A DNA stretch of 15,054 bases, from NCBI GenBank assembly GCA_033442325.1, contig JAWQFM010000032.1, forward strand, positions 774,002 to 789,055, written 5' to 3'. The first letter of the stretch is position 1, and the number at the start of each line of letters is the position of its first letter. Shown here in pieces: positions 1 to 14,575 of this stretch. This DNA comes from Salpingoeca rosetta. Taxonomy: Eukaryota; Protista; Choanoflagellata. The notes beneath the pieces were generated by a model. That model was not told the origin of the DNA. It did not search any database and saw nothing but the letters and a program-made list of their open reading frames with translations. Made by a program: the position numbers and the translations under genes.

Positions 1-137
1 ACTGGGCGGGGGTGATGCGACCTAGCCCTGCATCAGCACAGTGGGGGAGTTTGAATGGTGTTATGTTGACGAGGCGTGGTCGGTGTGTGTGTTTGCTTCG
101 ACATGCGGGAGGGGCAACGAGTGCATATTATATTCAA

Positions 138-215
<78 letters not shown>

Positions 216-1106
216 ACACACACACACACACACACACCTCTTGTGCGGCGCTGGGAGCGATGCCTGCTGGTGCGTGTCAACCAGCAGCGCTAGTGGTGTC
301 AGCCATGGCGGCATGGAAGCGGAAGTGTGGTGGCGGGATCCTTCACCTCAACACACATTCCAGCCACCACGCTGGAGACCACGAGCTGGCTCACTGTCTC
401 CGTGCCCGTGCATGGCACCGACCACAGTCTGACAGCGGCGATGACAATGTCAGCGGCCTGCTCTGAAGCAAGCACACATCGTGACAGGGGCAAGGGGGAG
501 AGAGAGTGTGTGTGGGAGATGTGGGGTGTGGCTGACAAGGACAAGGACATGCCGAGGGGATAAGTGGGGGAGGAGGAGTGCAAACTGTGGTGTGCATGTC
601 GCGGCACGCAGCGCACTGAGGTACAGTGCAGTGGAATGGAAATCCCAGGCAACACCTCCTCCCCACCCCATCAGCCATCAGCCATGCACATACCAAGACA
701 GAGGGAGAGAGAAGAAAGTGCCTCTTGTTGCCGTTGCACACGGTGATGGCACCCGCTCAAGGACACGGTACTGTCGTTCAAGCCACCATCATCATCCTCA
801 TCGTCAGCCTGCAAAACAGGTGGTGGTGGTGGAGATGAAGACGCACAGCGTTGCAGCCAAAGGCAAAGGGGGAGGGGGTGAGAGGGAGGTGGCTTGAGAT
901 GTGTGAGTGAGGGGGGAGGAGTGGAGAAGAGATGGTGTGCAGAGAGCAGGTCAAGCAAGGGGTGTGCAAAGGAAAGAAAGGGAGAGTGGACTGCGAGGCA
1001 GGGAGGAACCGTGTAAAGGAGGGCAGAGCAGTGAGTACAACACACACGCACGCACCACGTGGTGGACGTGTCGCTCGTCCAAGCGGAGTGAATGAATACT
1101 TGTCCC
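1..1106 (-). CDS. Possible exons of an unidentified minus-strand gene (partial)
   Basis: Minus-strand splice-like segments: ~1106-1057 (..SLRLDERHVHHV|GTGCGT), 808-753 (TTTTGCAG|ADDEDDDGGLNDSTVSLS), 462-238 (donor GAG|GTGTGT running into a (GT)n tract), and <=27. The 462-238 segment has a stop in every frame, so it needs a frameshift or is non-coding. Confidence 0.25.
139..237. repeat. (CA)n microsatellite
   Basis: About 100 nt, near-perfect CA with two CG interruptions. Confidence 0.98.
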
Positions 1107-1216
1107 TTTGTTTGGCTTGCTTGCTTCTTGCTTGTGTGCTTGCTCGTCTGCTTGATTGCTTGATTGATGGATTGCTTGTGTCATTGTCGTCATCAGCAAT
1201 ATCCCCCTGTGGCTCC

Positions 1217-1260
1217 CTGCTGCTGCTGCTGCTGTTGTTGTTGTTGTTGTTGTTGTTGTG
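1217..1260. repeat. Compound (CTG)n-(TTG)n trinucleotide repeat
   Basis: CTG units grade into TTG units. Confidence 0.9.
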
Positions 1261-1337
1261 GATGAGTGTGACCAAACCACCACCGCCAACCACCACCACG
1301 CACCTCCCCATCCATCCTTTCCTTTCGTCGCAGCGAA

Positions 1338-1341
<4 letters not shown>

Positions 1342-1390
<49 letters not shown>
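1342..1390. repeat. (GT)n microsatellite
   Basis: Perfect GT tract upstream of the acceptor at 1440. Confidence 0.98.
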
Positions 1391-1391
<1 letters not shown>

Positions 1392-1483
1392 ATTGCGCGC
1401 AACCAGCCACGACAAACGTCTGTTGTGCGTGTTTGTGCAGAAGACGGGGAAAGCTGAAATCAGTCGATGACACGACTGTGGAG

Positions 1484-1847
1484 ATGTGGCAGCCCAAACT
1501 CGCTTGCTTGCACTCGCTTCTTCTTCTTCTTCTTGTTCTCTTTGGTGCAGTGCACACAGCGAGGCAAGGCAAGGCAAGGAAGGAAGGAGGGGGTGATGTG
1601 GCAGTCACTGCAACAGCAGCATGGGGGAGAAGAGAGATGTGGGAGAGGGGAAGAGGGGATTGTTGGTGATCGCTACCCANNNNNNNNNNNNNNNNNNNNN
1701 NNNNNNNNNNNNNNNNNNNNNNNNNNNNNNNNNNNNNNNNNNNNNNNNNNNNNNNNNNNNNNNNNNNNNNNNNNNNNNNNNNNNNNNNNNNNNNNNNNNN
1801 NNNNNNNNNNNNNNNNNNNNNNNNNNNNNNNNNNNNNNNNNNNNNNN

Positions 1848-1879
<32 letters not shown>

Positions 1880-2899
1880 AAGCAGGCGTCACGTCAACGA
1901 TCCTCAGGTGAGCCAACACACATCATGCCCACTGTTCCTTCCTCGACTTCTGCTTCTTGTTCTTCTTCTTCTTGGCGCTATTCGTTCGTTCCATGCGTCA
2001 GGCAACCAAGTATGTGAACGTGGGACGCGGTGTCTGTTGTGATGGCAGTGCTGTCGGTTGTTGCTGTTGCTGTCTTGTTGTGGGTGTGGGTTTGGACTCC
2101 CTTCTTTCCTTCTTCTTGTGGCACAAGGATGTGTGCAGGGGGCTGTGGGTCTGCTGAAAGTGGTGGTTTCGTCGTCGTCAGGTCGTCGTTGTTGTGCTTG
2201 GCTGACGTGAACATGTGTGCTGTTCTCTTGTGGTTGGACAAGGCAGTGGCCTGCAGAAACCTAACGACGCTCTTGAGAGTGCACTGGCAACACTTGCCGC
2301 TGACATACGCATACCACAAGGCAAGCGACAAGCAGTGTCACTCACGGCCACCTGCGAGGTGGGTGCAATCACACCTCCGCTCTGTGTGTGTTGCGTGTGT
2401 GTGTGTGTATCAGTGCACGGTGGTGATCCGATTTCCAAACCACAACCACTGCTGTCACTGCTGCTGCCTTGCTGGTGCTGGTGCTGCTGCTGTTGGCACG
2501 TGTGTTCTCACGGTTGCATCCTCTCTTCCTCCCACGCAAACAACAAACAGACAGGAATCGGCAAGTGAGAGTGGCGGAGACCAAGGCACCAGCAACACAG
2601 AAGGCCGCGTTTGAGTGGGACGCACCTCCACAGCGGTACCGGGCGAGCAATCACAGCATTTGCGCTGACATCGGTCAGTCTTCTGTCGTGATCGCATATC
2701 ATTCATCCCCCAGCTTGCAATCAAGTCAGTTCACATGGCATACACGCTGTACGTGCTCATCACCTGCCCCATGCACACGTGGTTTTCACGCACACACCCC
2801 ACAACAGCCCGCTTGCGTGGCATCATCTCGCTGGACGTGTGTGATGCGCGAGTGTTGGGGATGATGATGGAATGCCCCCGTCTCATCATGACAGTGAGC

Positions 2900-2960
<61 letters not shown>

Positions 2961-3599
2961 GTGCGCTTCTCGTTACGCTCGGCAATCGTGTGATGACGGC
3001 TCATCACTCCTGCGCACGTTCCCTCGCTCACTGCAACACCCATCTCGCCACCGTTAACGACCAGGTTGCCATCCACTGGATGCCCTTGATTGAGTCGATG
3101 GAGCAGAGTGTTGGTAACATTGGCAAGATGCTGCTCATGGCGGGACAGAGCGAATGCTTTCAAAAGTATGCGCACACTGTATGTGTATGTGTGTGTGCAT
3201 ATGTGTCGTCGACGTGGTCATTCTTCCATGCGTCTGCTGTCTGCTATTGGTGTGCCATCGTTTGATCTTGTGCTGCGATGTGTGGTCCTAAGCTCTGTTC
3301 CTCGTGTGTGTTTGGGCCACAGGGTACGCCTGGAAGCTGAAGAGAGGAAGGAGGCGCTGCTCCGGCACAAGGATGATGGTGACATGAGGTGCGACCACCG
3401 AATTGTGTTTTTGTTACGGGTGCATTGCCGCCGCCGCCGCTGCTGCTGCTGCTGCTGCTGCTGGTGGAGGTGTGCAGCTGTGCACACTAAACCACTCATC
3501 ATTCGCTATCGTCTTGCAATCCTTCTGTGCATTTCTCTTCACGGCTTCGTCTCTACTGCTTCATGTCTACCGAAGACAACGAACTCTTTGACACAGTGC

Positions 3600-3657
<58 letters not shown>

Positions 3658-5590
3658 CGGTTTGTTGCAGATATCTCCAGATATCTCCCAACACGCCCCC
3701 CATCCCCTTTCATCCGCGCGCCTCACCACATAACAAACGCACCCATCGTCTCCACCACAACCACCACTGTTAACAGGACGCACTGCCCCGAGATGCCGCT
3801 GCACTATCGCACTGCCAATGGCGGTCCTGATGTCAGCGATCACCGCACGGCGTATCCGTCGATGCTCTTCGCACGTGCCCATCGTTCAAGGTGAAGACCC
3901 ACCAACACAGCAACAACAACAGAAACGGCGTGGCATGGGGTGCAGCATGATGACCTCACACTCTCTGTCTGCGTGTGTGTTATGATTGCGTGTTCATGCG
4001 TGCGTGCATGTATGGCAGGTGTACGTGTACCGTCTGACTGCTGACGAAGAGGCCGCCCTTGCCAGCCATCGACCGCGCCATCCGAACCGCCATCCGTGAC
4101 GGCCCGTACAGCACCGATGACCGTCCAAGGCTTGCCACTTGGTTCCAAGCACAGACGTATCGTGCTGGTGTGAAGGTGTGTGTGATTGTGTGTGTGTGTG
4201 ATTGTGTGTGTGTGATTGTGTGTGTGTGTGATTGTGTGTGTGTGTATGTGTGTGTGTGTGTGTGATTGTGTGTGTGTGTGTGATTGTGTGTGTCGCGTCG
4301 GTGCAGATGCACAGGCTTCCACAGCCGTCACCATCACCACCACCGCCTCATAATTGTGTTTGCGCGCTTGCGGCTGAAAGATTGCATGCACGGCACGTAC
4401 TCTGGCAATATTGAGTCGATGCATCCCGTGAGCGCAGCCATCCAGCGCAATCTCTCCAGCTGAGGTGGTGGTTTGTTGTTGCTTGTGGTGCTTGTGGTGC
4501 TGGTGGTCCTTGTGGATTGTGGTATCTTGCGTGTGAGAGGACCTGCGCTCATGGATGTCTTCCAAACACACACGCTCACATGCTCACATGTGTTGATACA
4601 TGCCAGACTTGCGTATTGGAACGAGGGCCGCTACCACATCCTGTTTGAGTACAGTGACGCACCATGTCTCCCCTGGCATGCAGAACACCCCATTCTTGCA
4701 AAGGTACAATGTGTGCGTGTGTGTGTTGGAACATGACTGTGCATGCCTGCGCTCACCATTGATGATTGCTGTTGCTTACACTTCACCAATGCCGCCTTGT
4801 TTCTCATCACCACCTGCATCAGGTTGGCCTGAGTGAATTCCACCACCGTGACGGCCTCGATCTGTCCATGTCACTCTTCTCCATTGTGACATTCATTCAT
4901 TCACACCGGAGCAGCGACGCGTTCCACCCGCGCAAACAGGAATATCCTCGTCACCTTCAGGTCTGTGCATGCATGTGTGGTGTGACGTGGTCCGATGTGG
5001 GGTTCGATGTTCACTGCTGCTGCTGGGCTTTGTGAGTTTCGAGGGTTGTTGTCGCACCACCATTCGGGTTTTTATGCCACTGCAATCTCACTCCAAACCT
5101 GTTGTGGTGCGGCTGCTTGACATGTGTCTTCTTTCCCTGTTGTACAGGGGCACTGCCACGTCTGCTCGTTCTTGATGCCATGCGCAACCACCTCCCCAAG
5201 CTTCACAACGACAGGTGTGGTGTGCTGTGGTCTGATGTGTTTTGTGTTATCGTGTTCCGTGTGTGTCGTGCGTTGCCTCGGGGTCAGCTGGTTTTGATGC
5301 TGTGTGCGTATCTGTCTGGATCCACCTCACCCACACACACATCGTCTCTTTGTATGTTTGCTTGTGTATGCGCAGGGACACTGTGTTGGTGTGCGCGTGC
5401 CGGTGGTTTGGCGAAGAGCGATTGGGCCGTGAGGGGGAAGGTTGGGTATGACCCCTCGTGTAAGCAGGCAGAGGAAGAGTTCAACACGCACACGTACACG
5501 GAGCTGGCGCTGGAGACCAAGTTTGGGCTCATCGTCGAAGGATTTGGCTACCACTCCTTCAGGTATGTGTGTGTGTGTGTGTGTGTGTGT

Positions 5591-5656
<66 letters not shown>

Positions 5657-6130
5657 TGCAAACGATTTCGGTCCTGTTCGTGGTCTAACACAACTTCCAC
5701 CTCCCGCCACCCCTCTTTCCTGCCTCATAGATCATGGCTGCGGGGGCCATCCCCGTCTTGACGTCAATCACTACGCGCTGGTGGGGATATGGATGGAAGA
5801 ANNNNNNNNNNNNNNNNNNNNNNNNNNNNNNNNNNNNNNNNNNNNNNNNNNNNNNNNNNNNNNNNNNNNNNNNNNNNNNNNNNNNNNNNNNNNNNNNNNN
5901 NCTCCCGTCGCTCATGGTGCTGTGACGTGATGTTGTGGCGTTTGCATTTTGCGCGCTTGCAGCCCTACCAGGACCTGCTGGACTGGGAGACGTTCAGCAT
6001 TCGCATTCCCCGAGCACAGGCTCCTCGAGGTGTGGTGACAGATCGGTGACATGGGGATGTGAAGCGATGCGTGAGCGGGTGATGTGGTTTGATGGGGATT
6101 GTTGTTGGTGATGGCTTGCATGTCACGTCG

Positions 6131-6166
<36 letters not shown>

Positions 6167-6167
6167 T

Positions 6168-6242
<75 letters not shown>

Positions 6243-6576
6243 ACTGCGTTCAGCTTCCGAGGATCCTGCGGTCGATCCCTGATGAGGTGGTGGAGATGAT
6301 GCGGAGACGCGTTGTGTTTATGTTTGAGGAGTTCTTCAAGTCCCTCTCCACCCAAGTGCGCACAGGTGAGGGAGTATGTTGTTGGGACAGGGGCCTGTGC
6401 AGTGAGTGTGGCGACGTTTGTGGTGTGGTGTGTGCGTTGCTCGCTTGTTCTCGTGTCCATTCAACCACTCTCACCATCTGTCAACTCGTGTGTCATGACT
6501 GTGCTATTTGCTACTATCAGCACTGCTGGAGTCTGCCAGGATCAACCTCTTCAGCGGCGACAACGCGTGGCAGGTG

Positions 6577-6642
<66 letters not shown>

Positions 6643-7446
6643 GACGTACGTGTTCTCTTCTTCACCCACCCACTCACACGCCATCATCACCACCTCTCAT
6701 GTTCTTGTGTGGTTGCTCACATCCTTCCCTTCCCATCCTCAACACCACTATCACCACCACCCTCCACACTTGCTCGTTTCCCCTTCTTTCTTTCTGCTGT
6801 CGCCACGCAGAGGGCCCTTGAGCCAGCAGCTGTCACCCCCTCCTGCACCAACCACCACTGCTCTGGTGGGATGAACAGACGGGCGCTGCCATGTGATGAC
6901 CATCCAGCCACGCTTGTGCGGCTGCGGAAGCAGCAACACCAGCAACACACCACAGACAAGCAAGCGATGAGCAACGTGAGTGCACCACTGCATGTGTGTT
7001 GATGTGATGTGCACAGCGTGAGTGTGCGTGTTTGTGGTCGCTGTCTCTGCTGCTCCTGTCTCCCCTTGTTGTCCCACATCAATGTGCATGCATGTGTGTC
7101 GTGCGGCTGCCTGTTTTGCCTTGCTTGATGCGCTGTCTCATTCGCCGTTCTCTCATACAACTGCCTGCACACCTGCACATTCTCCCCCTTGCAGCCGCTG
7201 CTTATATTCCCTTCTCTTTCTCGCCCTCCCTGGCGGCCATCACAACAACAACAACAGCAGCAGCCAACACACCCTCCACCGCCGATGCAGCAGCAGCAGA
7301 GAATGCACCACCACCACCACTTGCAGCTGAACACATTCCCCAGCACCAGGCAAGCAACCGCTGCTGGCGGAAGCTGGCTGGTACTGCTGGGAACAGGTGG
7401 CGACAGCACAAGTTACATTTTCGGCTGGAAGCAGCAGCAGAGGTGA
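1484..7446 (+). CDS. Exostosin-family (GT47, EXT1/EXT2-like) glycosyltransferase, multi-exon, frame-disrupted as assembled
   Basis: Hand-spliced model: ATG 1484 (MWQPKLACLHSLLLLLLVLFGAVHTA, signal/anchor-like). Exons approx 1484-1563, 1886-1907, 2002-2009, 2128-~2170, 2243-2358, 2555-2673, 2730-2893, 3065-3165, 3323-3388, 3544-3595, 3777-3890, 4019-4175, 4381-4459, 4607-4703, 4823-4960, 5148-5214, 5376-5562, 5731-5780, 5963-6029, 6254-6365, 6521-6573, 6811-6975, 7195-7446 (TGA). Most are bounded by AG/GT with matching phases. Family call from recalled EXT1 motifs (see core feature). The 5' and 3' ends are much less certain than the core, and two N gaps lie inside. Confidence 0.7.
1680..1847. 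other. Assembly gap (168 N)
   Basis: Run of N that ends at a (CA)n tract. Confidence 1.
2903..2963. repeat. Intronic (GT)n microsatellite
   Basis: Follows donor GTGAGC at 2894. Confidence 0.98.
3596..3654. repeat. Intronic (GT)n microsatellite
   Basis: Begins at donor GTGCGT 3596. Confidence 0.97.
3777..6573 (+). CDS. GT47/exostosin catalytic domain exons (core of the gene above)
   Basis: After correcting indels: FK|VYVYRLTADEEAALPAIDRAIRTAIRDGPYSTDDPSKACHLVPSTDVSCWCE|DCMHGTYSGNIESMHPVSAAIQRNLSR|LAYWNEGRYHILFEYSDAPCLPWHAEHPILAK|VGLSEFHHRDGLDLSMSLFS..NRNILVTFR|G..SDAMRNHLPKLHNDR|DTVLVCAC..YTELALETKFGLIVEGFGYHSFR|..IMAAGAIPVL.VNHYAL|PYQDLLDWETFSIRIPEHRLLE|LPRILRSIPDEVVEMMRRRVVFMFEEFFKSLSTQVRT|ALLESARINLF. 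Colinear with EXT1 motifs as I recall them: FKVYVY, YTSDPSQAC, WNNGRNH, LAK, LVFKG, HNGED, FCLVPRG..GSFR, ACVPV, LPFSEVINW, IPSTIRSI..FLWEAYFSS. Confidence 0.9.
4176..4293. repeat. (GT)n tract periodically interrupted by GATT (compound minisatellite)
   Basis: Six GATT interruptions, mostly 14-18 nt apart, starting at donor 4176. Confidence 0.95.
5563..5656. repeat. Intronic (GT)n microsatellite
   Basis: Begins at donor GTATGT 5563; one GATT interruption. Confidence 0.97.
5802..5901. other. Assembly gap (100 N, probably unknown size)
   Basis: Exactly 100 N, inside a GT47-gene intron. Confidence 1.
6133..6242. repeat. Intronic (CA)n microsatellite
   Basis: Immediately precedes the acceptor at 6253. 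Confidence 0.97.
6580..6641. repeat. Intronic (GT)n microsatellite
   Basis: Follows donor GTGAGC 6574. Confidence 0.98.
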
Positions 7447-7486
7447 GGGCGAGAAGAAGAGGGAAAACGGAGAGGAGATGTGTGTT

Positions 7487-7511
7487 GGATGGATGGATGG
7501 ATGGATGGATG
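7487..7511. repeat. (GGAT)n tetranucleotide repeat
   Basis: About six GGAT units. Confidence 0.9.
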
Positions 7512-7994
7512 AGGTGGGGTTGGGGATGCTGGGTGAGTGTGGTGTGGTGTGGTTGGCTGGCTGGCTGGTGACAGGGGATGATGGTGGTGGTGTGAGGAAG
7601 AGGGATGGATGGGTGGATGGGGTGCAGCATGCCTTGTTCCCCTCCCTTCTGTTTTCTGTTTTCTCTCTCTTCCCTTTCTTCTTCACACACCTACATGCAC
7701 GCACAGCACCGGCAGTGACAGCAGTGTAGCTGCGCACATATCCATGCTCCCTCTTCCCTTCCACTCACTCACTCACCATGCTGGTGCTCGCACACAACAA
7801 CACTTACAGCACAAGCAGGATGAGGGAAATGTCGAGGATACTTGCCACGCGTGCCAGCTGCACTCGCCTCACACATGGTATGTGGGTGGTGATGAGTGGT
7901 TGGTTGGTTGGTTGTGTGATGGGATGTGGCGGTGATGCGGTGCGCTGACGTGAACAAGGGGAAGGGGGTTGATGGAGATGATGGTCACACACCA

Positions 7995-8003
7995 ACACAC
8001 ACA

Positions 8004-8037
<34 letters not shown>
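7995..8037. repeat. (CA)n microsatellite
   Basis: CA tract with an AA interruption. Confidence 0.95.
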
Positions 8038-8039
<2 letters not shown>

Positions 8040-8155
8040 GTGCGTGTGACGTCCATCACTCGTTCTGCTGCGCTGACGTGATGGCTTGCTCTGTGCCTGT
8101 TGTGTTCTATTCCCATCCACGTTCCCTGCAACCACGCACATGCACATATGCACAG

Positions 8156-12873
<4,718 letters not shown>

Positions 12874-13271
12874 CGTGCGCTTTCTGTTCGTTGTTTCGCA
12901 CACCACAGGACACTCGTACGCATCAATGATTGCACGTGTGTGTGTGTGTGTGTGCGTGTGTGAGCTTTTGTTTGTGGGCGCATCACCTGCTGCCTTCTTG
13001 CTTTCTTCGCGTTTGTTATATTCATGGCGCACTGCTCAATCGCAAGGCCGCCGCCTTGTGTGTCGCGCTGTTAAGTGCCATGCTGTTCTTTACACGGGCA
13101 TTGTTTTTTGGTGGCTTTGATGGCGGCTGCGCTTCCGTTTGTGCCACGTCAGTGACCATCGCCACGCCCTTTGCTGCCTTTGTTACACTGCATTATCGTT
13201 CCAAACACGAAACTGCCGACGTTCGCTGTTCCTTGACTTGTTCCTTGACTGGTGCGCATGTTTCATTCATT

Positions 13272-13380
13272 CACCACCACCACCACCACCACCACAACAA
13301 CAACAACAACAACAACAACAATTACAACAACAACAACAACAACAATAACCACCAACAAGCAACAAGCAACACCAACAAGC

Positions 13381-13439
<59 letters not shown>

Positions 13440-13450
13440 CCTCCTCCTCC
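13272..13450. repeat. Compound (CAC)n-(CAA)n-(CCT)n trinucleotide repeat region between convergent 3' ends
   Basis: CAC run, two long CAA runs and a short CCT run. Confidence 0.95.
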
Positions 13451-13687
13451 ACGCGTTACTTCAGATGCGTTTGCTGTGTTCGAAATGCGTTGAAAATGTG
13501 TAATTGGCTCAACGTAACGAACGCAACGGATACAATCAGCCAATGCAGAGATACAACCAACGCGGAGTTGGGAAGCAACAAACAAAACAACACACTCTAC
13601 TTTTCTAGTTCACACAAACACACACACCTACACCACACAACTACAACACACACACACACACGCGCGCGCGCACACACAACGACGTGT

Positions 13688-14544
13688 TCATCTTCGTGTG
13701 CGACCACTTCTCCTCCTCGCCCGCGATTGCTGCTGCTCCTCCTCTTCCTCATCACCATCCCCCTCGTCGTCGTCATCATCATCATCATCATCATCGTCGT
13801 CGTCATCATCATCATCATCGTCGCCACCACCACCGTTGGATTGCAATGTGCCGTTCGCTGGCGCGTGGCCGTTTGCAGAGTGTCGCTTTGCGATGTCGAG
13901 CAGGCGTTTGCGTGCTGTTGTTGCCACCTCTGCTCGTCGCTTTGCTGATTGCTGTCGGCGCAACACGTTCGCGCTCGCCTCCATCTCCACCGGCTCCCAC
14001 CGCTCCCCGCACTGGCGGCACTTGAGGCCCCTGTCGTGTTGTTTTGCGTGTCGTGCGTAATGTATTGTGCGTAATGTGTTGCGTCGTGGGTTGTGCGTGG
14101 GGTGTTGTTGTGTCGTGGGTTGTGAGTGGTGTGTTGTCGCGTGTTGTGTTGTTGCGTCGTGGGTTGTGCGTGGTGTGTTGTGTGTTGTGCGACAACCGTG
14201 TGAGCGACGCGCAAAGACGAGACAAATTCGAGCGAGAAAGTGATGCAATCGTGATCATGTAACAACAGACACGCACACACACACGCACACACACACACGC
14301 GCACACACACACACACACAATCGCAGGTGCTGACCTTTGTCTGTCCTCGCGGAACTTTGCGACAAAGTTGATGTGACACTGGAAGTGGGAGACGGCACTG
14401 CATTCCTCATTGGGGCACGAGGAGCGCTGTTTGAAGGCGGTAGTGAGGAAATAAGAGGGGAGTTGAGCAGTGATTATCAGTGGTGTCAACTATAGTCCAG
14501 CACACACACACACACGCACGCACGCACGCACACACACACACACA

Positions 14545-14575
<31 letters not shown>

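Noticed and set aside
36-82. Plus-strand VGEFEWCYVDEAWS as a WWE-like exon
   Set aside because: There is no convincing downstream in-phase exon, and the repeat polarity favours the minus strand here.
238-330. Minus-strand PPWLTPLALLVD resembling a HUWE1-type PKWITPVLLLID motif
   Set aside because: The match is too short, needs a frameshift to join the upstream frame, and has no other supporting motif in the window.
4176-4293. Periodic repeat as a CRISPR-like array
   Set aside because: There are no unique spacers, only GT of varying length; the context is a eukaryotic intron with no cas genes.
3828-5451. Alternative genetic code with TGA as sense, since many premature stops are TGA
   Set aside because: The conserved motifs switch frame at these points, so readthrough would not restore them. 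NSE1 and the CaaX gene end in TGA, and Trp is encoded by TGG.
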